From Clostridia bacterium (lineage in GTDB: Bacteria > Bacillota > Clostridia > TANB77 > CAG-465), in contig JAZSNU010000011.1 of assembly GCA_045536565.1 (NCBI GenBank), positions 49,335-113,334 on the forward strand: a stretch of DNA of 64,000 nucleotides. Direction: 5' to 3'. A program made the translations under genes and the position numbers. The notes beneath the pieces were generated by a model. That model saw only the letters and a list, made by a program, of their open reading frames with translations. It was not told where the DNA came from and did not search any database. How positions within the stretch are numbered: the first letter of the stretch is position 1; each line of letters starts with the position of its first letter. Positions 28,175 to 37,484 of this stretch are shown piece after piece.

Positions 28175-28891
28175 TTATTTAATTTGTTTTTTATTAAAAC
28201 AAAGATACCAATCCATACAATCATATTCCTTCATATGTTCTGCTTTTTCTAACATTTCAGCTTGATTTTTTGGAGCAGGTGATATTGTAGGCATTCCAGG
28301 AATCCAATTGGCTGGTGTTGCTACCTTATTCACATCAGATTCTTGAAGTGCTTCAACCATTCTTAGTATTTCACCAATGTTTCTACCAAGGGATGCAGGG
28401 TATTGTAAAATTGCTCTGATTTTACCTTCTGGACAAATTATATATACACTTCTTACAGTTGATTCGTTGTTATTGTTCATCATGCCATATAATTTAGCAA
28501 TTTTTGAATGTTTATCGTCTATTATTGGGAAAGGTACTTTTATACCGGTATTTTTGTAAATGTCATATACCCAAGAAAGATGTGAAGTCATATTATCAAC
28601 TGAAAGTCCAAGTAATTCACAATTTCTTTTTTTAAATTCTGGATAATATTTACTAAATGATATAAATTCGGTTGTGCATACAGGTGTGAAGTCTCCTGGA
28701 TGACAAAAAAATACAAGCCATTTCCCTTTATAATCACTTAACTTACATTCACCAAATGTTGTATTTGCACTAAAATCTGGTGCTTTATTTTCGATCATTA
28801 AGCATTTTGAGTTACATTCGTTATATGTATAATTTTTATTATCTAGCATATTTGAGCAATATCTTGCGTTTTCATCGTTAATATAATCCAT
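28175..28891 (-). CDS. Peroxiredoxin (Prx/AhpC-TSA family) with a Cys-rich N-terminal extension
   Basis: I set the start at the ATG at 28891, preceded by GGAGG. FTPVCTTE is the peroxidatic Cys motif. The N-terminal 30 aa carry 3 extra Cys (CSNMLD...YNECNSKC). Confidence 0.8.
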   Translation of the reverse strand: MDYINDENARYCSNMLDNKNYTYNECNSKCLMIENKAPDFSANTTFGECKLSDYKGKWLVFFCHPGDFTPVCTTEFISFSKYYPEFKKRNCELLGLSVDNMTSHLSWVYDIYKNTGIKVPFPIIDDKHSKIAKLYGMMNNNNESTVRSVYIICPEGKIRAILQYPASLGRNIGEILRMVEALQESDVNKVATPANWIPGMPTISPAPKNQAEMLEKAEHMKEYDCMDWYLCFNKKQIK

Positions 28892-29161
28892 ATATTTACC
28901 TCCTAATATATGGTATACATTGGACAAAAAACATGTTACAAAAAAATAAAATATGGGAAAAAATTTGGCAACCAAATACATATTGATTGTTAGATGTATT
29001 TAAGAGTCAAAATGGTGAAAATTGTTTAATATGTTGTGAAAATACATAAAACTATTCTGAATAATAAATTATAATTTTAAAATAACATTTTTAATTGTTA
29101 CAAACAATATAAAAAAATATTTCCTCTTTTTAATATACAATAATTTCAGGGAGAGGATAGT

Positions 29162-29788
29162 ATGGTAGAAAAAATTAGTAATAGTATTCTTAACATATTA
29201 TCTGATAAAGATGATTCAGAGGAACAAAAAGAAATATTACTTTTTGGAATAACTAGGATAGTAGAAGATATACCTAAGTATATAGGTATGATTATAATTT
29301 GCTTGTTATTAGGAGTAATAAAAGAATTTGCCATTGTTATGGGTGTAACTATAATATATAAAACTTTTACTGGTGGGGTACACTTACATACAAATATTGG
29401 GTGCTTTATAGGGTCTCTTCTATCAGTTCTGTGTTGTATTTACTTACCAATTTTATTAATAGAATTTACCAATTTGATAATACCGTTTTATGTATTTGTA
29501 TATATCTTCTCGATATATGTAATATTGGTTTATGTACCAGCGGATGTTCCTGAAATTCCTATAATAAATAAGGGAAGAAGAAAAAGGGATAAGATTATGT
29601 CTTTTATTATACTAAACTTATTATACATATTATGTTTGTTTGTTATAAAAAATCCAGTATATGTAGGTATAGTTTTGGTAACGATTTTAAATATAGACAT
29701 AATGACAACTAGAACAATATATAAATTATTTAAAAATGAATATGGGTATGAAACATATGTCCCAGATGAGCTATTAATGACAGAGTAA
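29162..29788 (+). CDS. agrB: AgrB-family AIP processing/export membrane peptidase
   Basis: Multi-TM 208-aa protein with the conserved FTGGVH (GGxH) and C-x-x-x-S region of AgrB. RBS GGGAGAGG is upstream. Confidence 0.75.
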   Translation: MVEKISNSILNILSDKDDSEEQKEILLFGITRIVEDIPKYIGMIIICLLLGVIKEFAIVMGVTIIYKTFTGGVHLHTNIGCFIGSLLSVLCCIYLPILLIEFTNLIIPFYVFVYIFSIYVILVYVPADVPEIPIINKGRRKRDKIMSFIILNLLYILCLFVIKNPVYVGIVLVTILNIDIMTTRTIYKLFKNEYGYETYVPDELLMTE

Positions 29789-29855
29789 TTTTACTAACCA
29801 TGGGGTAAGATTATCTGTTTTTAATATATATAAATGATTTTTAGGAGGTATTTTA

Positions 29856-29970
29856 TATGAAATCATTATTAAGAAAAATAGCAAAAACATATGCTAAATC
29901 AACAACTAATACTTGCTTAGCATGGATGTTCCACGCAAACAAAGCTCCAAGAACTTTAATAAAAAAATAA
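29856..29970 (+). pseudogene. agrD: AgrD-like autoinducing-peptide precursor, reading frame apparently broken in an A6 run
   Basis: The ATG at 29856 follows AGGAGG. As written it reads MKSLLRKNSKNIC-stop. The +1 frame starting at 29872 continues ...IAKTYAKSTTNTCLAWMFHANKAPRTLIKK-stop. One fewer A in agaaaaaat at 29871-79 restores a canonical 37-aa AgrD: an amphipathic leader, the Cys-containing core TCLAWMF, and a charged P-x-x-L tail. Confidence 0.55.
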
Positions 29971-29991
29971 CAAGAATATATATTTAAAATA

Positions 29992-30029
29992 TTAGCAAGC
30001 CTCTAAATTACACAAAGAGGCTTGCTTAA
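29992..30029. terminator. Bidirectional terminator between agrD and agrC
   Basis: ttagcaagcctct...agaggcttgcttaa 13-14-bp inverted repeat. Confidence 0.6.
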
Positions 30030-30031
30030 TG

Positions 30032-31378
30032 TTATTTATCGAATGTTAATGTTTGTGTAAAGAACTTGGTATCATAGTCAACATTTGGAACAATATCACC
30101 TTTGTTGTTTTTCTTGAAGAATTTAAGAACTTCATATAGCCCAAAACCAGAAGGGTTTTCTTTTGTAGAATAGTCTTTTTCAAACATTTTAATTACATCT
30201 ATTTTACTAGGATTTTTAACAGAATTACCTATTATGATAACATCTTGTTTTCTATTTTCATCATAATACATTTCTAATTTTAGTTTTCTATCTTTGGATT
30301 CTAATGCTGCTTCAATTGCATTATCAAGCAATATACCAATTATTCTTGATAACTCGAAACTTGGAAAATTAATTTTTGCTACATCGCATGCTATATCAAG
30401 AGAAAGTGTTAGATTATTATCTCTTGCATAAAGCATTTTACTAACTACTACACCATATATAGCAGGGTCGTTAATTACCTTTGGTGATAATATTGATAGT
30501 AGGTTAATATCATTAAAACCATGTAATAGATTTTTACAATATGATTTTACACCATCAATATTTCCAACAGCTAGGTAACCGTTTATCGATTGAACCATAT
30601 TACCCATATCATGCTTAAAACCACGAATATTTTCATTTATTGTTGCTAATGCTTTATTATGGAGTTTTGTATTTTCTAATTCCAGTTCTGTATCTTTAAA
30701 AAGAGTCCTTTTTTCCATATACCAAAAAGAAAAAATAGAAACAACTAATAATTGAATTGTATTTATAATTACAAAAGTAGCAGGATAATTATAATCATTT
30801 GAAAACATGAAGAACATTGTAGGCATTAATGTTAAAATAATTATAAGTCCTTCATATAATATAAATTTATAGTTGATTTTTCTTGTTTTAACAAAAATTT
30901 TATTTAACTTATACCTAATTGCTTTATCTATGCAAAGAATAAAGATTCCATAAATTAGGCTAGTTATAATGCTAATAGTATAATATATAAATTTATTATT
31001 AATAATACTATCCATAGAATCAACAAATACTGATAATATTATAACTGTTATCATATCAAATATAAATGGTATAAAAACACCAATTACAGAGATTATTATG
31101 GATTTAATTATATTTGCATGAAATACAAAATGTGCTATAAGACAAGAGGTTATAATTATTATAGTAGGTTTTATAAAAGATACATCTATCAAATATGTAT
31201 GTAGAAATGTTGCAAACAATGCAATTGGAAGCATATATAAAAAACTTACAAACAGTTTTTTATAACGGTAAACTTCTTTACATATAATGTTTGCTAATAC
31301 ATAAATAGTATAAACTTGTGTAAATGATACTATAATTGTAGATATGATATACAATAAAATTTCTAATAATTTTTCCAT
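30032..31378 (-). CDS. agrC: AgrC-like (HPK10 subfamily) membrane sensor histidine kinase
   Basis: 6-7 N-terminal TM helices, an H-box RGFKHDMGN, and C-terminal GHKL N/G boxes (LLDNAIEA, GFGLYEV). Confidence 0.75.
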   Translation of the reverse strand: MEKLLEILLYIISTIIVSFTQVYTIYVLANIICKEVYRYKKLFVSFLYMLPIALFATFLHTYLIDVSFIKPTIIIITSCLIAHFVFHANIIKSIIISVIGVFIPFIFDMITVIILSVFVDSMDSIINNKFIYYTISIITSLIYGIFILCIDKAIRYKLNKIFVKTRKINYKFILYEGLIIILTLMPTMFFMFSNDYNYPATFVIINTIQLLVVSIFSFWYMEKRTLFKDTELELENTKLHNKALATINENIRGFKHDMGNMVQSINGYLAVGNIDGVKSYCKNLLHGFNDINLLSILSPKVINDPAIYGVVVSKMLYARDNNLTLSLDIACDVAKINFPSFELSRIIGILLDNAIEAALESKDRKLKLEMYYDENRKQDVIIIGNSVKNPSKIDVIKMFEKDYSTKENPSGFGLYEVLKFFKKNNKGDIVPNVDYDTKFFTQTLTFDK

Positions 31379-31399
31379 AATTTATAATTCCTTTCTATA

Positions 31400-32074
31400 T
31401 TAAGTTATATTTCCCATTGGACAAGAGATAGATTCGGTGAAAAACACTTTACTATCTAGTTTGTTAACTTCTGTTATTGCTTCGGTATTAATAATATATG
31501 ATCTATGATTTCTAATAAAAATATCATTAGGTAGTGTTTTATAAATATTATTAAGTGACATAGAGGATTCATAAACACAGTTCCTAGCATGTATATAGGT
31601 TTTATTAAATTTTCTTTCAATAAAGAAAATATCATTTGCCCTAATAGATAGACCTCTTTTTATGTTTATAAATACTTTGTTTTCAGAAGATGAAAATTCT
31701 TCTTTAAACCTATTAAATATAGCTGTAAGTGCAGAAGTTGAAATAGGTTTAAGTAAATAATCAAAAGTTTTACATTTGAAAGATAATAATGAATATTCGT
31801 AATGTGCAGTAAGAAATACTAAATAGAAATTCTTGTTTATTTTTCTTAAATCTGTTGCAAATTCAACACCATTTTTACCACCATTTTGAAAATCCACATC
31901 TAAAAATAATATATCTATATTGTTATTTTTAATTTCATCATAAATTATATTTTGGTTATCCGTTACAGTTGTAATTTCAGCATCTATATCTAGTTCAATT
32001 ATTATTGATTCCATAAGTTTTGCAATGTTTTCGATACTCTTTAAGTTATCATCACATAAAGCAATTTTTAACAT
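31400..32074 (-). CDS. agrA: AgrA-like LytTR-family response regulator
   Basis: N-terminal receiver (MLKIALCDDN...FLDVDF) and a C-terminal LytTR DNA-binding domain. The gene is immediately upstream of agrC on the same strand. Confidence 0.75.
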   Translation of the reverse strand: MLKIALCDDNLKSIENIAKLMESIIIELDIDAEITTVTDNQNIIYDEIKNNNIDILFLDVDFQNGGKNGVEFATDLRKINKNFYLVFLTAHYEYSLLSFKCKTFDYLLKPISTSALTAIFNRFKEEFSSSENKVFINIKRGLSIRANDIFFIERKFNKTYIHARNCVYESSMSLNNIYKTLPNDIFIRNHRSYIINTEAITEVNKLDSKVFFTESISCPMGNIT

Positions 32075-32245
32075 TAATTTTTACCTCTTTTTTCCAATTT
32101 TATATATTATATAATAATACAAAATTCTAGAAAAATCAACAATAAAATAGTAAACTGACAGTTGCTAAAATAACGCTGGGAGTAACAAAAAAACTTTCAT
32201 AAAATTTAAAAAACAATAATAATATGTATATAGGAGGAATAGTAT

Positions 32246-32542
32246 ATGGCGTGGCTTAGAAACAATATAAAAGAGGTAAATGAGAAGATTAGAGATAAAA
32301 TAAATAAGGTGTTAGAATTACCAACTGAAATGGTAGGTGATACGCTTAGAGTTATAACAATAAATAATGAATATGTGCTAATCGAGGGAAAAAGTAAAGT
32401 AGCAGATTATTTTGATAATTATATAAAAATAAAAACAGAAAAATATACCATTGGTATTGATGGTAGTAATTTAATCATAAAAGAAATAAGTGATATTGAT
32501 TTAATAATAAGTGGGGAAATAAACAACATTTCTTATGTGTAA
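32246..32542 (+). CDS. yqfC: Sporulation protein YqfC (YabP family)
   Basis: 98 aa YabP-like fold. RBS AGGAGG is upstream. It is followed by yqfD, as in the B. subtilis yqfCD-phoH-ybeY-dgkA-cdd-era-recO cluster. Confidence 0.65.
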   Translation: MAWLRNNIKEVNEKIRDKINKVLELPTEMVGDTLRVITINNEYVLIEGKSKVADYFDNYIKIKTEKYTIGIDGSNLIIKEISDIDLIISGEINNISYV

Positions 32543-32556
32543 TATGAGGAGATAAT

Positions 32557-33735
32557 ATGAAAATAAGTAAATTAACAGATAAATTTAAAAAAGGAACAAT
32601 AATTGTAGAGGTAGAAGGATTTTTTGTTGAAAGGTTTTTAAATCTATGTAAGAATAACAATATAGAAATACATGATGTAAAATACATAACAGCAGGAATT
32701 ATAACTTTTAGAATAAGCTCAAATAAGTTTACTCATATTAGAAAAATTGCAAATAAAACTAAATGTAAAGCAAAAATAAAAAAGAAAAAAGGTATATACT
32801 TTGTGCTATTTAGGTATAAAAAAAGAAGAATGTTTTTCTTTTTATTTTTACTAGTGATACTTGCTTTAATTACTTTATCTACATTTGTTTTAAAGATAAA
32901 TATAACTGGAAATAGTAATGTAAGTAATAAAGAAATTTTAGACATCTTAAAAGAAGCAGATGTGTATGTTGGTAAAAACCGTCTGTTTATAGATGAAAGA
33001 AAAGCAGGTAATATGTTAAGAACTAAACTTTATGACATAGCATGGGTAGGTATAGATATAAAAGGAACAAATGTGAATGTTGAAATTGTCGAAAAAACAC
33101 TAATAGAAGATGATGAAAATAAAAATGCGGTAGGTAATATAGTAGCAAATAAATCTGGTATTATAACAAAAATAATTGCAGAAAATGGTACTCCTAGACT
33201 TCTTACTGGTAGTTATATTGAAAAGGGAATGACAGCAATTGAAGGTGTTATAGAAAGTGAATTGATAGGAAATGTAAATGTAAAAGCAAGTGGAATACTA
33301 AGAGTGAAAAGTTCTCATACATTTGAAACTTATGAAAAATATGTTATAGAAGAAAAAGTATATACAAAGAAGAAAAAATATGGTGTAGGAATTAGTATTA
33401 ATGATAAACAATTTACATTAAAATATTTGCCAAAAGAATATATTTATGATATAAATAAAAAAGAGAAAGAATTTAAAATATTTGGCACTTCTATTAAGAT
33501 TATGCTATTTAAATATCCACAATATAATTTAGTGAAGAAAACTAGAACAATTGAGGGGTTACAAGAGATATGTAAAAATAAATATATAGAATATATTAAT
33601 AGTATAATTGATATCGATATGTCTTTACTAAATGAAAAAGTTGAGGTTGTAAAACAAGACGATGGAATAAAATATATAGTTACATATGATTTAGAGGAAG
33701 ATGCAGGTAAATTTCAAAAAACAGGAGAAAAATAG
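32557..33735 (+). CDS. yqfD: Stage IV sporulation protein YqfD
   Basis: 392 aa with a central single TM (FFFLFLLVILALITL). The size and position match YqfD. Confidence 0.6.
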   Translation: MKISKLTDKFKKGTIIVEVEGFFVERFLNLCKNNNIEIHDVKYITAGIITFRISSNKFTHIRKIANKTKCKAKIKKKKGIYFVLFRYKKRRMFFFLFLLVILALITLSTFVLKINITGNSNVSNKEILDILKEADVYVGKNRLFIDERKAGNMLRTKLYDIAWVGIDIKGTNVNVEIVEKTLIEDDENKNAVGNIVANKSGIITKIIAENGTPRLLTGSYIEKGMTAIEGVIESELIGNVNVKASGILRVKSSHTFETYEKYVIEEKVYTKKKKYGVGISINDKQFTLKYLPKEYIYDINKKEKEFKIFGTSIKIMLFKYPQYNLVKKTRTIEGLQEICKNKYIEYINSIIDIDMSLLNEKVEVVKQDDGIKYIVTYDLEEDAGKFQKTGEK

Positions 33736-34232
33736 TGAATATAAACATTGATTTTTATACAGATTATGAGGACGAAAATAAAGTAAAAGAGTATAATAAA
33801 TTTTTAGAAGAATATAAAAATAAAATTGAAAAGATAGTAATAAGGGCATTTGAGTTAAACGGCATATCATTAAACAATATATATATAGGTATAGGAATAG
33901 TAAAAAAAGAAACTATTCATGACATGAATAAAGAACATAGAAATGTAGATAGGGAGACAGATGTACTATCTTTTCCAATGTATGAAAAGGAAGAACTAAA
34001 TAAATTAAATAAAATACCAGAAAATGAAGAAATATCAATAGGTGACATAGTGTTATGTATGGATGTTATAGAAAAGCAAGCAGTAGAATATGAAACTGGT
34101 TTTAACAGAGAAATGTTATACATGATAACTCATGGTATATGTCATCTTTTAGGATATGATCATATTATTGAAGAAGAAAAAAATGATATGAGAAAAATGG
34201 AAGAAATGATATTATTAGAAATAGGAGAATAA
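33735..34232 (+). CDS. ybeY: Endoribonuclease YbeY (rRNA maturation factor)
   Basis: The GTG start overlaps the yqfD stop. HGICHLLGYDH is the zinc-binding H-x-x-x-H-x-x-x-x-x-H motif. Confidence 0.8.
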   Translation: MNINIDFYTDYEDENKVKEYNKFLEEYKNKIEKIVIRAFELNGISLNNIYIGIGIVKKETIHDMNKEHRNVDRETDVLSFPMYEKEELNKLNKIPENEEISIGDIVLCMDVIEKQAVEYETGFNREMLYMITHGICHLLGYDHIIEEEKNDMRKMEEMILLEIGE

Positions 34233-34236
34233 GAAA

Positions 34237-35016
34237 ATGAGTGAAGATTTAAAAGGAAATAATCTTGATGAAAATGTGGACAAGGTTACTAAAAATAAAA
34301 CATGGTTTTCAGCGACTAAAAATGCTTTAAATGGAATTATACAAGCATTTAAAACAGAGAGAAATTTAAGAATTGACTATATACTAGGTGTACTAGTATT
34401 TTGTGCAAGTTTCTTCTTTGATTTTACAAAAACAGAGTTTGCAGCGCTTTGTCTTACAATCGGATTTGTAATATTTGCAGAAATGATAAATTCGACAGTT
34501 GAATATATGGTAGATTTAATTACAGAAAAATATGATGAAAGAGCAAAAGCTGCAAAAGATATTGCAGCAGGTGGTGTACTTATAGCAGCTACAGTTGCGG
34601 TACTTAATGCATATTTCTTATTCATTGACAAGATTAAGGATGCATCAACAATAATGCTTGAAAGAATATTAAGTTCAAATACTCATACATTAGTTGCTAT
34701 ATTATTTGTAGTGGTACTTTTTGTAGTTATATTAAAAGGAATTTTTAGTAAGGATAGAAATCATGTAAAAAGTTTTCCAAGTGCAAGGATAGTAATAAGT
34801 TATGGACTAGCAACATATCTATTAATAATAACACAGAATTTAATTGTAGGAGCAGTATCATTTGTATTATGCTTTATGATAAGTCAGTTAAAAAGAGAAA
34901 ATGATAAAATTACAACCTCATATGTAATACTTAGCGCACTTCTTGGAATACTATTAGTACTAATTGTATATCAAATAACATTAATAAATCCTGTGCTTAC
35001 AGAGGTGATGAAGTAA
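34237..35016 (+). CDS. dgkA: Diacylglycerol/undecaprenol kinase DgkA domain fused to an extra ~130-aa membrane domain
   Basis: The N-terminal 130 aa match DgkA (EMINSTVE, AKDIAAGGVL). It is followed by 3-4 additional TM helices, giving 259 aa against the usual ~120. Confidence 0.6.
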   Translation: MSEDLKGNNLDENVDKVTKNKTWFSATKNALNGIIQAFKTERNLRIDYILGVLVFCASFFFDFTKTEFAALCLTIGFVIFAEMINSTVEYMVDLITEKYDERAKAAKDIAAGGVLIAATVAVLNAYFLFIDKIKDASTIMLERILSSNTHTLVAILFVVVLFVVILKGIFSKDRNHVKSFPSARIVISYGLATYLLIITQNLIVGAVSFVLCFMISQLKRENDKITTSYVILSALLGILLVLIVYQITLINPVLTEVMK

Positions 35017-35070
35017 AATAAAGTGTACGAAATAATCGTACAGTTGAGATAATTAAATTGGAGGTAACAA

Positions 35071-35508
35071 ATGACAAATGAAGAGTTAATAAAAATAGCG
35101 GAAGATACAAGGAAATATTCAAGGTGTAAGTATACTAAATATTCAGTAGGTGCAGCACTTGTTGGAAAATCTGGAAAGATATATACAGGTTGCAATATTG
35201 AGCATAGTATTAGTGGCCTTGCATCATGTGCAGAAAGAGTTGCATTCATGAAGGCTATATCAGAAGGAGAGTCTGAATTTGAGAAAATAGCTGTTGTTGG
35301 AGGTTACCATGGCAAAGACTGTGAACCAATGTTAATTCCGTGTATGGTGTGTGTTCAGTATATGCTTGATTTTGTAGATGATATTAAAGTTGTTTGTTAC
35401 ATAGACTCAAAAATAGAAGAAATGCATTTAACAGATCCAAGATTACTTAGCTTAAATGTTAATAGAAAAGTAAAAATGAAAAAGTTTGATAAAAAGGAAA
35501 ATGAGTAA
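35071..35508 (+). CDS. cdd: Cytidine deaminase
   Basis: CAERVAF (C/H-A-E zinc/catalytic Glu) and PCMVCVQ (PCxxC) motifs. RBS GGAGG is upstream. Confidence 0.8.
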   Translation: MTNEELIKIAEDTRKYSRCKYTKYSVGAALVGKSGKIYTGCNIEHSISGLASCAERVAFMKAISEGESEFEKIAVVGGYHGKDCEPMLIPCMVCVQYMLDFVDDIKVVCYIDSKIEEMHLTDPRLLSLNVNRKVKMKKFDKKENE

Positions 35509-35544
35509 ATAGACAAAATATATATCACTCAGTACATTCATAAA

Positions 35545-36345
35545 ATGTATTGGGTGATTTTTTTGAAGATTATAGATAAAATATTAAAAGATAGTAAAAC
35601 AAGAAATTTTGTAATAGCGGTAATATTACTATTATTAACATATCTAATAATAATATTTTTAACTGAAAATGATAAGAGTTTTAGTAAGGAGTTACCAGTT
35701 AGTAATATGCAAAATACACAAAGTAATAACATGAAAGATATATTAGAAGATGAACTATATGTCATACAAAATATATCCGAAACAGATGAGGCATATGAAA
35801 TAAATATATATTATCCACATACAACAGATAAAGCGTTAAATTCATATATAAATAATAAATTAGATTTATATATTAAAGATATAAAGTATCAAGCGAGTAA
35901 TTATGAAAAAGAAGTAAATAGTGGCAAATATAAATTAAATATTTTATTTAATGTAACAAAAAGTAATAACTACATTTCGTTTATATTCTATGTGACACAA
36001 GATGTGAAGTACTTGCATCCTAATGAATATATTTTTGTAATAAATTATGATAAGTCATTAAAGAAGGTAATAATGCAAGAGGAGATAGAAAATATGTATC
36101 CAAATCTTTACTATAATTTATCAGAATACACATATAAAGAATTGTTAAAAAATGAAAACATAAAAAATATGGGAGCATTAAATATGCTTGAAAAAGGAAC
36201 TCATGCAAATAAATTTAATTTTATGGACATTGCATTTAAGGGAAATAGTCTACTTGTGTTATTTGAAAAATACCAAGTAGCACCGTATGTTTTAGGCTCA
36301 TTTGAGGTTGAAGTGCCACTAGAATATTTAGAAGAAAAAAGATAA
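35545..36345 (+). CDS. Membrane-anchored hypothetical protein (266 aa)
   Basis: N-terminal TM helix with an extracytoplasmic domain. No motif recognised, and the start codon is uncertain. Confidence 0.4.
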   Translation: MYWVIFLKIIDKILKDSKTRNFVIAVILLLLTYLIIIFLTENDKSFSKELPVSNMQNTQSNNMKDILEDELYVIQNISETDEAYEINIYYPHTTDKALNSYINNKLDLYIKDIKYQASNYEKEVNSGKYKLNILFNVTKSNNYISFIFYVTQDVKYLHPNEYIFVINYDKSLKKVIMQEEIENMYPNLYYNLSEYTYKELLKNENIKNMGALNMLEKGTHANKFNFMDIAFKGNSLLVLFEKYQVAPYVLGSFEVEVPLEYLEEKR

Positions 36346-36410
36346 ATATTTTTGTAATTATTGATAAATTATATTGTTATGGTAAAATATCATATATAAA
36401 GAGGTAACAT

Positions 36411-36965
36411 ATGAAAGATTATTATGAACTATTAGAAGTAAATAAAAATGCATCAGATGAAACTATAAAAAAGGTTTTTCGAATGCTAATTAAGAAAAAC
36501 CATCCTGACCTATTTGATGGTGAAGAAAAAATAAAAGCAGAAGAAAAAGTAAAAGAGTTAAACGAGGCATATGAGGTTGTTATAGATAAGGAAAAAAGAA
36601 AAGAATATGATTTGAGGCTTGAAGAGTATAACAAAAAAAGTGAAGAAAAAATAAATATTTTACTAGAAGAAAATGAATATCTAAAAACTGTAATTAATGA
36701 AAAAAATCAACTAATAAAAGAGTTTCTTGCTCAGATGGGTATAAACGAAGATGGTTATGCTGAAACATATGAAAACGATAATATTGCTGAAAATGTTAAC
36801 GATGTGAATATGGAAGATGCATATAATTTATATAACAAAAAAGTATTTATAAAAAAGATAATATCATCAGCAATTATTATAGTTGCAGGTGCAATAATAC
36901 TGTGGGGTGTTACTGGCATAAATTTATTTAAAATATTTATTGATGTGTTTAAAACTATGTTTTAG
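36411..36965 (+). CDS. J-domain (DnaJ-like) protein with a C-terminal TM anchor
   Basis: DYYELLEVNKNASDETIKKVFRMLIKKNHPDL...EAYEVVIDKEKRKEYD is a J-domain including the HPD tripeptide. A coiled coil follows, then a C-terminal hydrophobic helix. Confidence 0.7.
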   Translation: MKDYYELLEVNKNASDETIKKVFRMLIKKNHPDLFDGEEKIKAEEKVKELNEAYEVVIDKEKRKEYDLRLEEYNKKSEEKINILLEENEYLKTVINEKNQLIKEFLAQMGINEDGYAETYENDNIAENVNDVNMEDAYNLYNKKVFIKKIISSAIIIVAGAIILWGVTGINLFKIFIDVFKTMF

Positions 36966-36974
36966 GAGTGTTAT

Positions 36975-37391
36975 ATGGAAAAGAGAATAAGAGCGGCAGC
37001 TATAATATTTGTGGGCCATCAACTAATTACAATATATAGGGAAAAATTTATAAAGGGAATATTAAAGAAATACTATGTTATTCCAGGTGGTGGAGTGGAA
37101 GATGGCGAAGAAATAATAGAAGCAGTAAAAAGAGAAGTATTAGAAGAACTTGGAATAGAAATTGAAGTTACAGATAAATATTTTTATCTTGAAAAAGAAA
37201 ATGCAAAAGAGTATTTTTATTTAGCAAACTATATATCTGGAAAAATCGGAACAGGAACGGGACCAGAATTTACAAGTAGAGATATACAAAAATATGGTAG
37301 TTACGAAGTGAAATTAGTTGATAAGGATAATATACCAAATATTAATTTATTACCACCAGAGGTTAAAGCGTATATATTGCAAAATATGTAA
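36975..37391 (+). CDS. NUDIX hydrolase
   Basis: Nudix box GGGVEDGEEIIEAVKREVLEELGIE (GX5EX7REUXEEXGU). The start is 9 nt after the J-domain gene's stop. Confidence 0.75.
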   Translation: MEKRIRAAAIIFVGHQLITIYREKFIKGILKKYYVIPGGGVEDGEEIIEAVKREVLEELGIEIEVTDKYFYLEKENAKEYFYLANYISGKIGTGTGPEFTSRDIQKYGSYEVKLVDKDNIPNINLLPPEVKAYILQNM

Positions 37392-37484
37392 TATATTGTC
37401 GAATAATATCAGAAAAGATTGAAATTTGAATATTTATTGTATAATTTATTATATAAATATTTAAATGAGGGTGGTGTTTGAAAT

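Noticed and set aside
36020-36634. Minus-strand ORFs 36020-36208 and 36422-36634
   Set aside because: Antisense to the membrane protein and J-domain genes.
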